Shown here: positions 11,820 to 24,000 of the stretch, piece by piece | How positions within the stretch are numbered: the first letter of the stretch is position 1 | How the letters are laid out: each line of letters starts with the position of its first letter | DNA from: Trichoplax sp. H2 | Lineage: Eukaryota | Assembly: GCA_003344405.1 (NCBI GenBank) | Contig: NOWV01000156.1 | Span: 1-64,000 of the forward strand | Direction: 5' to 3' | Length of the DNA: 64,000 bases | Made by a program: the position numbers and the translations under genes | The notes under the pieces: model-generated | What the model saw: the letters and a program-made list of their open reading frames with translations, nothing else | Told to the model about the DNA's origin: nothing | The model's database searches: none

Positions 11820-12075
11820 TGGAGTATACCAGATATTCCAAAAGCTATTCTATAAACAAAGAGTTCAACTTTAGTACATTTATATATTAGGATCCAAACT
11901 ATATAACTGACTACTTTATAAAGGTAACTTGGGCAGATGAATATCTTACTATACCAGATATTTTTGAAAGCTATTGCATACTGGTAAAGATAAAGTTCAA
12001 CTTTAATACATTTGTATAATACGATTCAAATTATATAACTGTACACCTTATGAAGATATCTTACATGGGTAAATG
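11820..12075. repeat. Two-copy tandem duplication, period ~125-130 bp
   Basis: tataccagatatt..., aaagctatt, agttcaacttta.tacattt.tata and atataactg each occur twice. Confidence 0.7.
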
Positions 12076-12903
12076 TCTTTATTCTAAATTTATATTCGCA
12101 ATTTTTACAGAATTTGATCTGTTTTAGTCATTAATCCTAATATTAATTTTGCTAGCAATGCGTATATTTTAATCGATAATTTAACATAAGGGAATAAGAT
12201 TTTATATATTCGCGCCCTATATCAGGAGTATATGTGCTAGTGTGATGATCGATATTGTTAAGAATTTAAAATTACATGATTTTTCGTAAAATAATTGCCG
12301 TTATTATATATAAATCAGTTACAAGGCACAGATTACAATTTACAGGATATTTAATAGCGAGTTCGTCGCCAGAAACGTAATCCTGTTTTAAGGTACTCCT
12401 CCTTTAAAAGGGATATCAATATCTAAAAATGATGCTTGCTTACTATAGAACACATCGGATTATTAAATATGCTTTCATGACAGTCCTTTATCGTAAGAAC
12501 GAAGAAAAGATTTCCCACATACATCAGCTGCCAACCTGTAATCGTATGACAGAAATAGCTACAGTATAGCCACCTTTTCCAGGGAAATACAAGTAGGCAA
12601 GTTTGATGTATGCTATCGATTTTTTTGTACTCATTACATGTTTTAGTCATGAGATTGAACTAAATTTTCATAACTGTTATATAGCAAAATTCCATATGAT
12701 ATCCTGAAAGAAGAAGGTTGATTTTATAATTTGCATATCTTCACTAGAACTCTTAGATGAATATATATTTCAAGACAAAATCAAAAGGAGAAATAATCAT
12801 TCGAGCTACGCATTTAATACGTACGTCTCTAACTTGGAACCAATTAAATCTGATGAACAAATAAATACGGTACTGTACTTTTGAGTTGGGGAAGAGAAAA
12901 AAT

Positions 12904-15900
12904 TTAAACTACAGTTTCTATGCAGTCACGTCTCAATAATTGAGATGATTTATGTAGCTGCGCATTTTTGGAAACTTGACAGTCATCAATATAAGACATT
13001 TCTTTAATATCTGACAAGTCACACTTTAACGCCTGGCTATATCTTTTTGCTGGCTTGATTTTACGATAGCTGCGATCAATCTGTTGTTCACGGATTATTT
13101 CTGCCGATAATACTTCACCAGCTCGATCTTCAGTAGATACCATACTACATCGAGGTTGATGACCAATACTGGAATTGCTTCCGGCTAAGTTAGCATTATC
13201 CGCGGGTGAATTGGATAATTTAAGTATCCTTGTTAGTCCGCCGAATACACTAACTGATAATCTATCTCCTCCTACGCTGCTATTTCGCTTTCGACTATCC
13301 ACTATTAATGAGGAGGCACGCGTTGATCGACTTTTCATACCAGTATTATGGGAAAGATTAGCGTTGGTAGCGCTGGATAATCGACGACGGCGATAAGAAC
13401 AGTTCAAATTCCATTTAGCAATGACATGATGTAAGTCTTTACGAAATAATTGATTAAAGATAGAGTAGAGGAATGGATTAGCGGTGGCATTAATGGGAAA
13501 AATAAATACTAATAGAAACTTGGCACTAGAAACTGTAATTAAATTCAATTTTAAGGCTGCACCAAAGCCAAAAAAAGCGATAGGCGTCCAACATGCAAAA
13601 TTAGTAAAGATTAATAATGCCATTCGTCTGGCAATACGACGATCCGCTTCCTGTGTTGCCCTATTCCCTCCACTGCTATGCGTTGAATGTACTGTATAGT
13701 ACATGACACAATAGCTATAGACAATCAAGATGAAAGCTAATGCGTTAATGCCGACTAATATCAGAATATAACCTACCGACATGGAACTTGTAAAATCAGC
13801 TGGTAAGCAGATACATATTAATGAATAACTATTCACTCCAACAATTGGTAATAGTGCCAGTACAATCGATAAAATCCAACAAATTGACATTGCAATACAT
13901 GCACCAAATAGTTTTAACTGCTTCTCATAATACATTGCATGGACGATGGCTAAATAGCGCTCGATAGTAATAACCGTTAATGTCATCGTAGATAATTCTG
14001 CCGAGAAAATAGCAATAAATCCAGCAGTAGCACAACCACCACCAGTTTGCCAATTGATGGCATAATTAGCATATTGATTTGCTGTTGTTAGATCAGTGAT
14101 AGCCATCAAAGCTAAATAGATCCCCATGCAAAAATCTGCAAAAGCTAAATTGCAAATTAGAAATTTAGTAACTGTTAGATGGCCTTCTGCATTGAGTATC
14201 ACCATCAAGACTAAAGTATTGGCTAAAAGGGATATAAAACACATGATCCATTCTGATATTTTAAGGTACCAATCGCCCAACATATCTTCACATGGCGTTA
14301 ATTCATTGGGTTGAGGCAAGCATTGAACTAATTTTAACCCACCATAACCATCAAGGCAATCCGCTTGATCTGGTGTACAATTGAAATGGCTAGAATTTGT
14401 ATTCCATTGATGAAGATCGGTAATGTTGCCATCGACCGTTGTTTTATTGCCAGAAAATCCTCCGCCACCTTGATTAATAATGCCAGTATCGCCTTTTGTA
14501 GGCGTAAAAAGTGTTGGAAATAGAAATTCTCCAAATGTTGCAGCTTGACTTGCTGTAGATTGTGCCCTACGTTTCGATAGGACATGGTTTTTTGATTTAT
14601 AATCGCTTACTTCGTCATCATCATGGTATCCTCTTTCATCATAATCTTCATCATTATTATTGACAGGTGATCTTATTGCTTGCATTGCGTCGACTTTTGT
14701 TGTTGGATTCTCCTTTCTAGGTTGCGGCCGTAGATTGCTACTTTGGAATTGCTTTAAGCGTTCTTCGGTTTGATGGCGATGGAATATACAACATAAATAG
14801 GGATAATGAACTTGAATTTTTTGAACTTGAGGAATCTGCTGAGGTAAAGGTAATCGCTTGAATGCTTCAGCCTTTGCACGGAGTTGGCGAAGACTTTTGA
14901 GTCCATTTTTTGAAAAGTCTTTTGGATTATTAGGTACCGGTAAATATTCCAAATCAGTTTTGGTAATGTCTCTGTAAAAGGATATAAAGAGTTCTATTTA
15001 TATTAGTATAGAAGTGCTTATGGTGTTATTATATTATATAATTGAAAACGTCGAATTTATTAAAACAAGGTTTAGACATTTATTATAATCTTACAACGAT
15101 ATCAATCCAATCGATGATGGATTTAAATGCTCAAAGGCTTTAGCATGCATCTCTTTTAGAGGATTATTCGCTAAATTGCTGTAAATTGTTATGGAAAGAT
15201 TGTTCTTAGCGTTCATTTTTTTATCATAATTGCTGAAATTAGCATGGTCCAACTTACATAGTTATCCCGTAAGCCCCTCCGGTGTTATTAAAAACAAATT
15301 CCTGGATTTTGCTGATTTTATTGCTGTCCAATTGACTAATAAATGGTTAAAAGAGTAAACATGATAGAATATCTATAAGAATTCAATTTTTAACGTAGGA
15401 AAAGATGTACTATAGTATGAATTTTTACAATAGGATCTTACATATTGTTGATCTTTAATAAATTATGAAACGAATTTTCAGGTATAGTCGCTATTTTACT
15501 TCCTCGGATAATTCTAGAATTTTATTTAAACCAAAAATAAATATAATCAACATGTAAATGATATTATATTATCATAATTGGAAATAATTGCAAGCAAAAT
15601 AGTTCGAAATATGATTGAAGAATCTAAACTTTATTGTGATGACAGAAAAAATTCTTGATATGATATTGATATCGGGCGAAGAGATTAGTACAACAGTACT
15701 ACCTACTTTGCAATGGTAATACTAGAAATAGCAAGTACAGCGTTATAAATTTAGCAGTGAGATTAAATTATTATTTTAGTATCATAAGACTGCAGCCGCT
15801 ACTTAATTAGCAAGCCATGTACTAGAGTTTAGAAATGATTGTATCGGGTAAATAGGGAGTAATAAGTGGTAGATACTGTTATAACTTGAATTAAATTTCA

Positions 15901-18900
15901 TTGTCATAAAGCTTAATTCGGCTTTGTAGATCTTGTAAATCGGGTTGATTATAAATTTGGAGAATTAACTTTACTACTGTATGCTTAAATAGATGGCATG
16001 AAGAAGGTGCTAGTTTTGGCAAATGATATAACATAGTTCAAACTTTACAAGCGACATTTTATGGCATCGCATGATTCCTTGTATGCTGCCATATGATGCT
16101 TAATATCATGCAGTACTTAGAACCATTAATTAGTTTAGAGGATCTTTATAGCTAGAGTTAAAAAACTTGATAACGAAACTATTAGTCCTATATAATAAAG
16201 TATTCATCAAAATAACTGATTTATGTGATTCGAAAATCGCAAGAACTATATTAGCCACAGAATTCTTCTACAGACAGCTACTAGCCATTTCATCTTAGGT
16301 GGCTATGCGAGATTTAAACTTAAATTGGAGTTAACAATTTCTTATAAATCATTTTGCGTGATGATTTTTTAATATGGGTCTATATAACAGGATAAAATAG
16401 TACTTTACTCAAATTAAAGGGAGATAACCTCAGATTTAGTTTCTACATCACTCAGAATGCATGCAAAATTATTTGGAATCGCACTGATTTTTTAGGTCTC
16501 TGTATAGAGTTACTTTATCTTGGAGGTATTCAGGAGGAACCAGAAATATTTAATAGAGTTCCGTGCTCGGAAGATTTATATAATAAAGTTTTCAATTGTT
16601 CCTATGAGGATTCTTAATTTACTCTGCATATTAAGTGATTGCAACGGCAGTTAACAGAAAGGATCGTACTGTATTATCACACTTACACTTTTTCAAGTTT
16701 AGAAAGCATCAATAATGTCGGAAATTTAGATAGCTTATGACATCCTATTATAGCTCTGGTTAGTAAAAAAGAGATAGAAAAGGGGTAGTAAGAGAAATTT
16801 ACTCCATTGATATCCATCGATGAACTACAGATTCAAATTTAAATAAAAAGGGTCATACTAGTAAAGTCTGTTAGAATAGCCAAGTAACAAGATTGATCTC
16901 TATATGCAATACTGAAATAGCTTTTACAATATACAGAATTAATGCTTAATTGTCTTACAGTTCTTGAAGGTTATTTAAACCGTAAAATGAAGTTTTATTT
17001 ATGGTACGAAGGTTTTCAAGGATTAATTCGCTAAGAATGGAAATAAAAGATCTGGTCATAAAAATTCTATTTATCACCGCATTAGATAGCGCACAGACTA
17101 AATGATTTTATCAATTTGAAGGCTTAGTTATAAAATTAAATTCCTTACAGTGAAACCAGATTATGAAATTGTCTAAATACTTTAGATGGCAAGGTCTGGT
17201 CGTCCAAATCGAAATGCGTATTGTCAATACTCCTAAAATCAAAGTCGAAATTAACCATAAAATCAGTACAGATTATTTTTTAAAGTTTGCTATTTTCTTC
17301 TATTGCACTTAGTCGGCAACAACTAATGCGAAAAACAACATATTTGCCTTGAAATAAGGACTACCACACTCGTAAGATCAATAAATATGTACAATACGCT
17401 TAAATTGTACGCTACTAAGTTACAATTTAATTAGATACTAGATAGAATTATTTATTATCAATTTGATTTAAGTTATGAGTTCAACGAATGACATTTTATT
17501 AAATCGTTGCAGACCAACTCGATACTTATTTTTAAAATAAAAATTAAGTTATAATGATTTCCAAATTACTTTATGAAATATAGATTAATAAATAGTTCCA
17601 ATCGTATTTTAATCGTTCTGTAGCGACGAAACTGTCAGCAAAATATGCCACTAGATTACAAAGAGGCATTTTTATCTACAGTGTAATCTTTCATCATATT
17701 TTTACATACAATGTAATAGCTACAAAATTGGCAAAAGCATACAAGAATTTCCGTTATGAAATTAAAACTCTGTCCTGCGCAATACAAAATACGGCAATGG
17801 CAACTAGTGTATTTAGTCGATATTACTGTATTTAAATTGTTATGGAATTTTTAAACTTTGGACGGCAATTGCAAGAGCTATGTTTCTAAAATAGATTCCG
17901 TATTGTTTCTTAATGAGATCGTGAAAGAAATTTTGTGGACACTGCTATATTTGAAATACAGCAAAGACTGAAAATTTTTATACGTGGTTCGAGTAAATTT
18001 CTATATAGTTTATCAAAGACATTATATGGATATCATTTTCTGTATTGCAAAGAATCAGATATTTACAAGTCTGAGATACGATAGTAGAATATTATCACTA
18101 TGAAATAAAAAATTTTCATAATAGTTAATGAGATTATAAAGGCTGATTTATAAACGTGGCTTCCTATTATTCTAAAGAAATATCCAATAGGATAAATATT
18201 TCAAACAGCATTACTAAGATGGTCATACCAAATTTAATAACTTTGTTTGATATCTAATGAAATTGTTAAGAGGGCTTTGCGGATATTTTCTTTCTGTATT
18301 CGTATAATATTATAGATTTAAAATGGAAGATGGCAATACTGAAATTGCTACTGCAATAAAATACACGCACCATTACCAACAAAATTGTCAAAGATATTTT
18401 CACGAATACTGTCCTGTTCTATTTCAAGAATTTAAGATAGTTTAATAGATTGTGAAGGCAAGAGTAAGCTCTAAGTTACAACAGAATTAATGTGTGGATA
18501 TTCTATAGATTTTGATCTATGTATTCAACAGATCTCGAATAGTTTAAAGTTACCAAATGAAATTGTATGATTTTGATTTACAATAATTGAATCTTATACT
18601 TACTGAATAGCATTACCGATACTATTTCTATATTTTATAGTAATGAAAAATCTCGAAAATTGCTATATTAATACTTTAATCTCTGCTATTTCCTGCAATT
18701 ACTATTATATAGCCTGTTTATGGCATATGATGTATTTAATTCTACAATCCTGCCCTCAGTATGTGTTCTCTTTCTAAAACTATGAATGCTGAAGATTTTG
18801 CCTCAGATTTGTTCAGTTGCACTTGTTAGTGTTAGTATTTGCACGAGTTACTTCACGACAGCTTATACACTGATCTACCAGTAACTATCACACTGTACCT

Positions 18901-21064
18901 AGTTATTCTCTACAATAAATATCTGTTTTTCTAATAAGCCCTTGTATCATTATTGTGAAATACCTAAGGAGTCCATGTCTGCAGACTCTTTGAACCCTCC
19001 ATCACAGGTACAAACGACAGTATTCGCCTAGTTCATTGAATGAACATTTAGTATAATATTTAGTGGGATTCTAAAAATAATTCTTTATCGATGCTGCTTA
19101 TTATTATTTAAAAAAGATTCCATAATTTAGATACTTATAGATATTACCGTCAAGTTAAAAATCTACTAAGTGATACTATGAGACATTTAAAATGTCACTT
19201 ATATTTCCATTACACTGCCAATTACGCCTATATACTGGTATACAATTTCGGCCTTTATTCCTGTCCGTGCAGTAAAATAAAGCTACTTTCTTACCTTATG
19301 CTCGAGACTATTACTATCCTGACGGCACTGTAGAAATAGATTACTGTAGTAGAACAAACATTACCAATTCATAATAGACCTTAAAGCTATGTTATGTACC
19401 AGTAGTTACAGTATTTTTATAACAAGAACATCCTATAGTTTAGATATTTATGGTTATAACCGTCATGTATAAATTGATCAAAGTGATGCTATGAAATATT
19501 TAGAAGGACAGTATCTTCTATCTTGCGCATCAGTAGTGACTGTATTTCTACGATATCTTAAATAGTTTAGAATATTTTTTATACATCTCTTTGATTACAG
19601 ATGTATTGAGCATACTTCGTAATTGTTTGAACAGCATTTGTACATCAACTTCTCGATTCGATACGTCTTAGAATATGGATAATGTCTTCAAATCAGTGTT
19701 TAACTAATTGAAAATTTTTCGTGAATAAAATGTAGCATTTGTACATTTTAAATCCATTGATGGCTATTGTATAATAATTGATCAATTAGCTTAGGTCATG
19801 TCATGCTGGTGAGTGGATAATAATATCGATCAATTAATTGAAAATTAAGGCATATACGTCAACAAAAAATGCTCTCTTTTCATACAGAAATGTATGTACC
19901 ATATCTTAATTTATTTTTCTAAATATTAATCTGCTTTGTCAAGATTAAGACAGAAATCGTAAAGTAACTATATATGATTGTTTACCAGATCTACTTCAAT
20001 AGTTCGTCAGACGGTGTTTATTGACGATATTTTTATTAAGTTACTCATTTTTAATCGTCACTATATCGGTAAAAATTATGATGTCAAATCAATTACCCTT
20101 AAAAATAATGTTCGTATTTAGAGATATTTTTCATACTTAAAACCTATTTTCTACGTTAAATGAGAATTTATTCATGATGTATGTATCAAAGTTGAAAGGT
20201 CTCGTTTAAAGATAGTATAGAACGTGAAAGTATGCATTTCTGTAATCTTTTAAATGTAAAAGTACAAGTATAGAATATAAACTGACTACCTGATGGCCAT
20301 TATTGAGACACGGTTACCACTGTAGAAAGTGTACTTATACAATAGATGTAATTTAATTCCACGCTAAGAATTAGTTCTTTTATGAAGTTTTTCCTACCCA
20401 TTTATTTTATATCGAACCAAATTTTCTCATTTTAATCACTCATAAATATTGACTAATAGATTATTATTGACCGTCATCAGCAATAATGTTTGCTGAATTA
20501 GATCACTGAATGTTGTAAAATGAATGGCAAGTGAATTGAAAATGAAATGTACATTTAGACATATTATGTGATTTAGGATTATACTACCAGGTGTAGACTA
20601 GTAAATAAAGTCTTCATGTCTATGGTAACTAATCATATTTAATGATTTCATTTTAAAATGAAATATTGATTCTTTTTTAATAGTATCATATAGAAAGATA
20701 TCACTAATTAGTAAATAGAAATGGTTTACTTTTAGTATAAGATATTGCATAGATACAAAATACTTACTTTCAAAAAGATCATAACAAAAGTATAATAAAT
20801 ACTACGACGTTATTTACCCGATGGTTAGTCTTTGTTTTATGAGTTGTACAACATTGTTAACTATGTAGCTTATACTTACAATCTGGTAACATGGCTAGTA
20901 TTGACAGCCTGAGCAATGCTACTGATGTTAACATTATGACACCACCAAGATGTACTTGGCTGACATTGGCATCCAACCGGGCAGCATAGTATGCCACGGA
21001 TCGTTATTAGTCCACATAAGACAATTAGTTGCAATGAAATAGATGGGAAATAAAATATTGCCAT
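12904..21064 (-). CDS. Glycoprotein-hormone-receptor-like LRR-containing GPCR (type A LGR, TSHR/FSHR/LHCGR family); 8 exons
   Basis: Exons 21064-20880 (signal peptide plus LRRNT CCPVGCQC...C), then six phase-2 single-LRR exons 17232-17149, 17030-16959, 16755-16687, 15513-15442, 15335-15258, 15178-15095, then the large exon 14971-12904. The large exon has hinge motifs HYPYLCCIF and CLPQPNELTPCEDMLG and 7TM motifs FLICNLAFADFCMGIYL, WQTGGGC, TLTVITIERY, RMALLIFTNFACWTP and ANPFLY. Confidence 0.93.
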
Positions 21065-24000
21065 AGTTCTAATCAATCTTGTTAAGTAAACGAAATATTG
21101 ATGTAAAATCCCAATTCGTCTTGTCTTTACCAAGATAAACAATTAAATACGAGTTAAGACAGAAACAATAATAATACCGAATTAACAAATTGTTCCGGTT
21201 ATTGAAATGAAATTGTTAATGCAAAATTTTTGTCAGATAAAGATTTTGTCGGTGCTTTTCGAATTCGGCTGAGATAGAACGATTTACAACCCTTCCAGTT
21301 AATACTGAATAGGTCTAGTAGAGCCTAAAATACCAATTTATTTCTATTATCTAACGATAAGAATAAACCCATTACTAGACCAAGCTGTTATCGGTAATCC
21401 TGTAGCCCATATTGTCATTAGCTTACCCAAAGTAAAAAAGCACATTAAGGTTTAACGTTCCAAATTGAAATCTTGCTGATTGAGAGATTGATTGTTAAAT
21501 GTAAATTTAGTTACAAGATATTAGAAGCCTTTAAATTTATGAAATAATTGCCATTTGCTCAATCGGTTGACTATAAACATAAGAGGCTCAATGGATTATC
21601 TGCTATAAATTTTTAAATGTGAATAGATCAACTTCAGATGTCAAGAAATACTGTCTAGATGAGAGCCTTCTAGAGGTGTTATCGATTCCTTGTTAGTATT
21701 GACGAGATTTTCAAGGAAGCCAAGTGGCAATTTTAGTCAAGATTGCATCAGTCCAAAAAGATACATTAGAAGAATCACAGAGAAGCTGTTAAATGAAAAA
21801 TGGAAGATATAACGTTACTTTTACTATCAAGGTAAAAACTAGCGTTTGTGAAAATAATTTAAATGATATTTGATCAATGAAGTATCTATTATCATCTTCT
21901 TTTCCTTTTCATGGATCAATATGAATATTGATCAATTTTTAATTGGATCAATTAATCGGCCATCTATCCCCAGCTATAGGCTATAAAATTAGTTACTGAT
22001 ACTTTTTAAAGCCGACCATGATTGATAATTATTGGATTAAACAGTAGATAGCGTAGTTTCAATTCCTTGCTCTATCAGTAATATCAAGATTGAAAAAATA
22101 TACTGTAGATTGTTGATCATAGTGGATTATGAATAATGACAACAGGATATTTGCACTGATTTTACTAACCAAAGCTAGACTAAATTTTTATTTATCATAG
22201 AACTACTATTAATTATAGAAATGATATAAAGAGATTAAGATTATTTTAAGATAACTAAGATACTATAATCGCTATAACTAAAAGATCGAAGTGTTCACCC
22301 TATTTCGTGTAGAATCGGCTAAGTCAATTAGGTTGAGCACCCTGCAAAATTGGTGTTAATGGGTACTCAGGGTCCAGTACCAGTACCAAATGCTTGCGAG
22401 TAACACATTACAAATGTTCGATTCTGAAAATGTTAATTCGCTATGAGCCCCATCGATTTTCTGAATGATATTATCTCCATGTGTAGTTGTAGACAGTTGC
22501 TAGTTTCGATGATAGCTCATGAGTAAATTAACACATATTTCCCTCCGTAGAACACGAATATTTCTTTATACTAACGATGACTGATTGAATTAATTATTAG
22601 AGGAAATCTTCCTTGTCCTCTATCGTCTATTTATCAAGTAGATTTTAATTCCGATGCTTTACAGCAGAGTTTAATAGGAACTATCTAGATATAGGTTTCT
22701 TCATTGATAAATGAGCAAATAGAAGCCAACGCTATCGCCGAATTGATTAAGAATGTTCTCTCATATGCTAAAGACAAGTTTTCACTCAATATTTTATCGT
22801 TTTTAATCGACATTGGAATCTTACCTGACGTCATTGGTTTGTCCAAGAAATAACAAATTTAGGCCATGCAACCAAGTACAGTAAGCATAATGAAAACATA
22901 AGCATAGTCGGCACGTTTTCTTAATTGCCATCTAGATTGGACGGTAGATGTACTTATAAATAAATCCTTTGCCGCCACCGCCTATTCAATAAAAGTACGC
23001 GTACATAATCCTTGGCCGAATATGCAGAATGAGTGTTTAAAGTTAACGCACAATTTCATGTAGATAATTATATTATTGTAACATAAGTTTTGAAATCAGA
23101 ACAATATCTACTTCTACGTCAATAAAAATGATTCAACCTTGTTTACAAAGTAATCAAGCTGAGAAAATTTCAAGGGATCTATTAGATGGAAAATGCTTCA
23201 TTATTTGCTGCTACTTTCGGCTCTGTACCAACACTGAATTAAATTCTATTTTGTGTGGAAGGTGGAGCCATAAATCTATTTATTGTATTGTAATGAGTAA
23301 ACAACAGAGGAAAAAACAAGTGATTATCCTTCCGTTCATAGTAGATAAATCAATTGCTTAAACTATCGTAATACAGGATCATTTGTTTTTCCCTAGTAAC
23401 AATGATAACGTTATTTGTGCTTTGATGCAGACTATCACTCATAAAAAACTGGAAAAAGTCTTTGAAAATTAATTTATCGCGTGCAATAATTCATAGTAGC
23501 ATGAAGCTATAACAACACTTTTCCTACCTTTTACACTACCAATCTTATTTCCATTTCTACTACGATAGTGTGGTCTTACTAAAAGAGCTTAGAACTTTTC
23601 TATAAGATAGTTTCTGCAATAATAGAACGAGGCTTCGATTTCGTATTAAATTTCACTGAATTACATTCATCAGTTCTTATACTGAGGACTATTCCGATAA
23701 GTCTCGCTGTGCTACAAGTATACACTTGTTCAGTATTACGATTTGACCTACAAGTATAGCAGGATGTAGTGTGGATCTATGCTATTCTTTACATTCTACT
23801 CTTAAAATTTATAACTCAAGATATAGGCATTTTAATCATGCTTTCTGGTTTCAATGGTTATCTGAACTTTGCCTTTCCTGTTTTAGAAATCATCCAACAG
23901 AAATAGCGTTCTTTGTATTATCCACGTATAGCTGATTTAAGCAGTTTTGTTGCCACAAAGGAGATAGTGATCTGATTCCTATCTAACTTTACAAATTTTA

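Noticed and set aside
13175-14585. Short ORFs overlapping the LGR exon (also 2584..2863, 30850..31044, 33904..34113, 37520..37714, 56490..56720, 57582..57962, 61870..62058)
   Set aside because: Antisense or alternate-frame shadows of real coding exons.
15885-15925. LRR-like peptide IKLYDNEI on the minus strand inside an LGR intron
   Set aside because: Immediately followed by a stop, with no usable donor site.
14950-21142. ORF-track starts at 14952 and 21142 for the LGR pieces
   Set aside because: These are non-ATG starts. The large exon begins at the acceptor at 14971, and the likely initiator is the ATG at 21064 ahead of the signal peptide.
22695-22853. 52-codon exon-like frame after an AG (VSSLINEQIEANAIAELIK...)
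   Set aside because: No partner exons or recognisable family. The length is attainable by chance.
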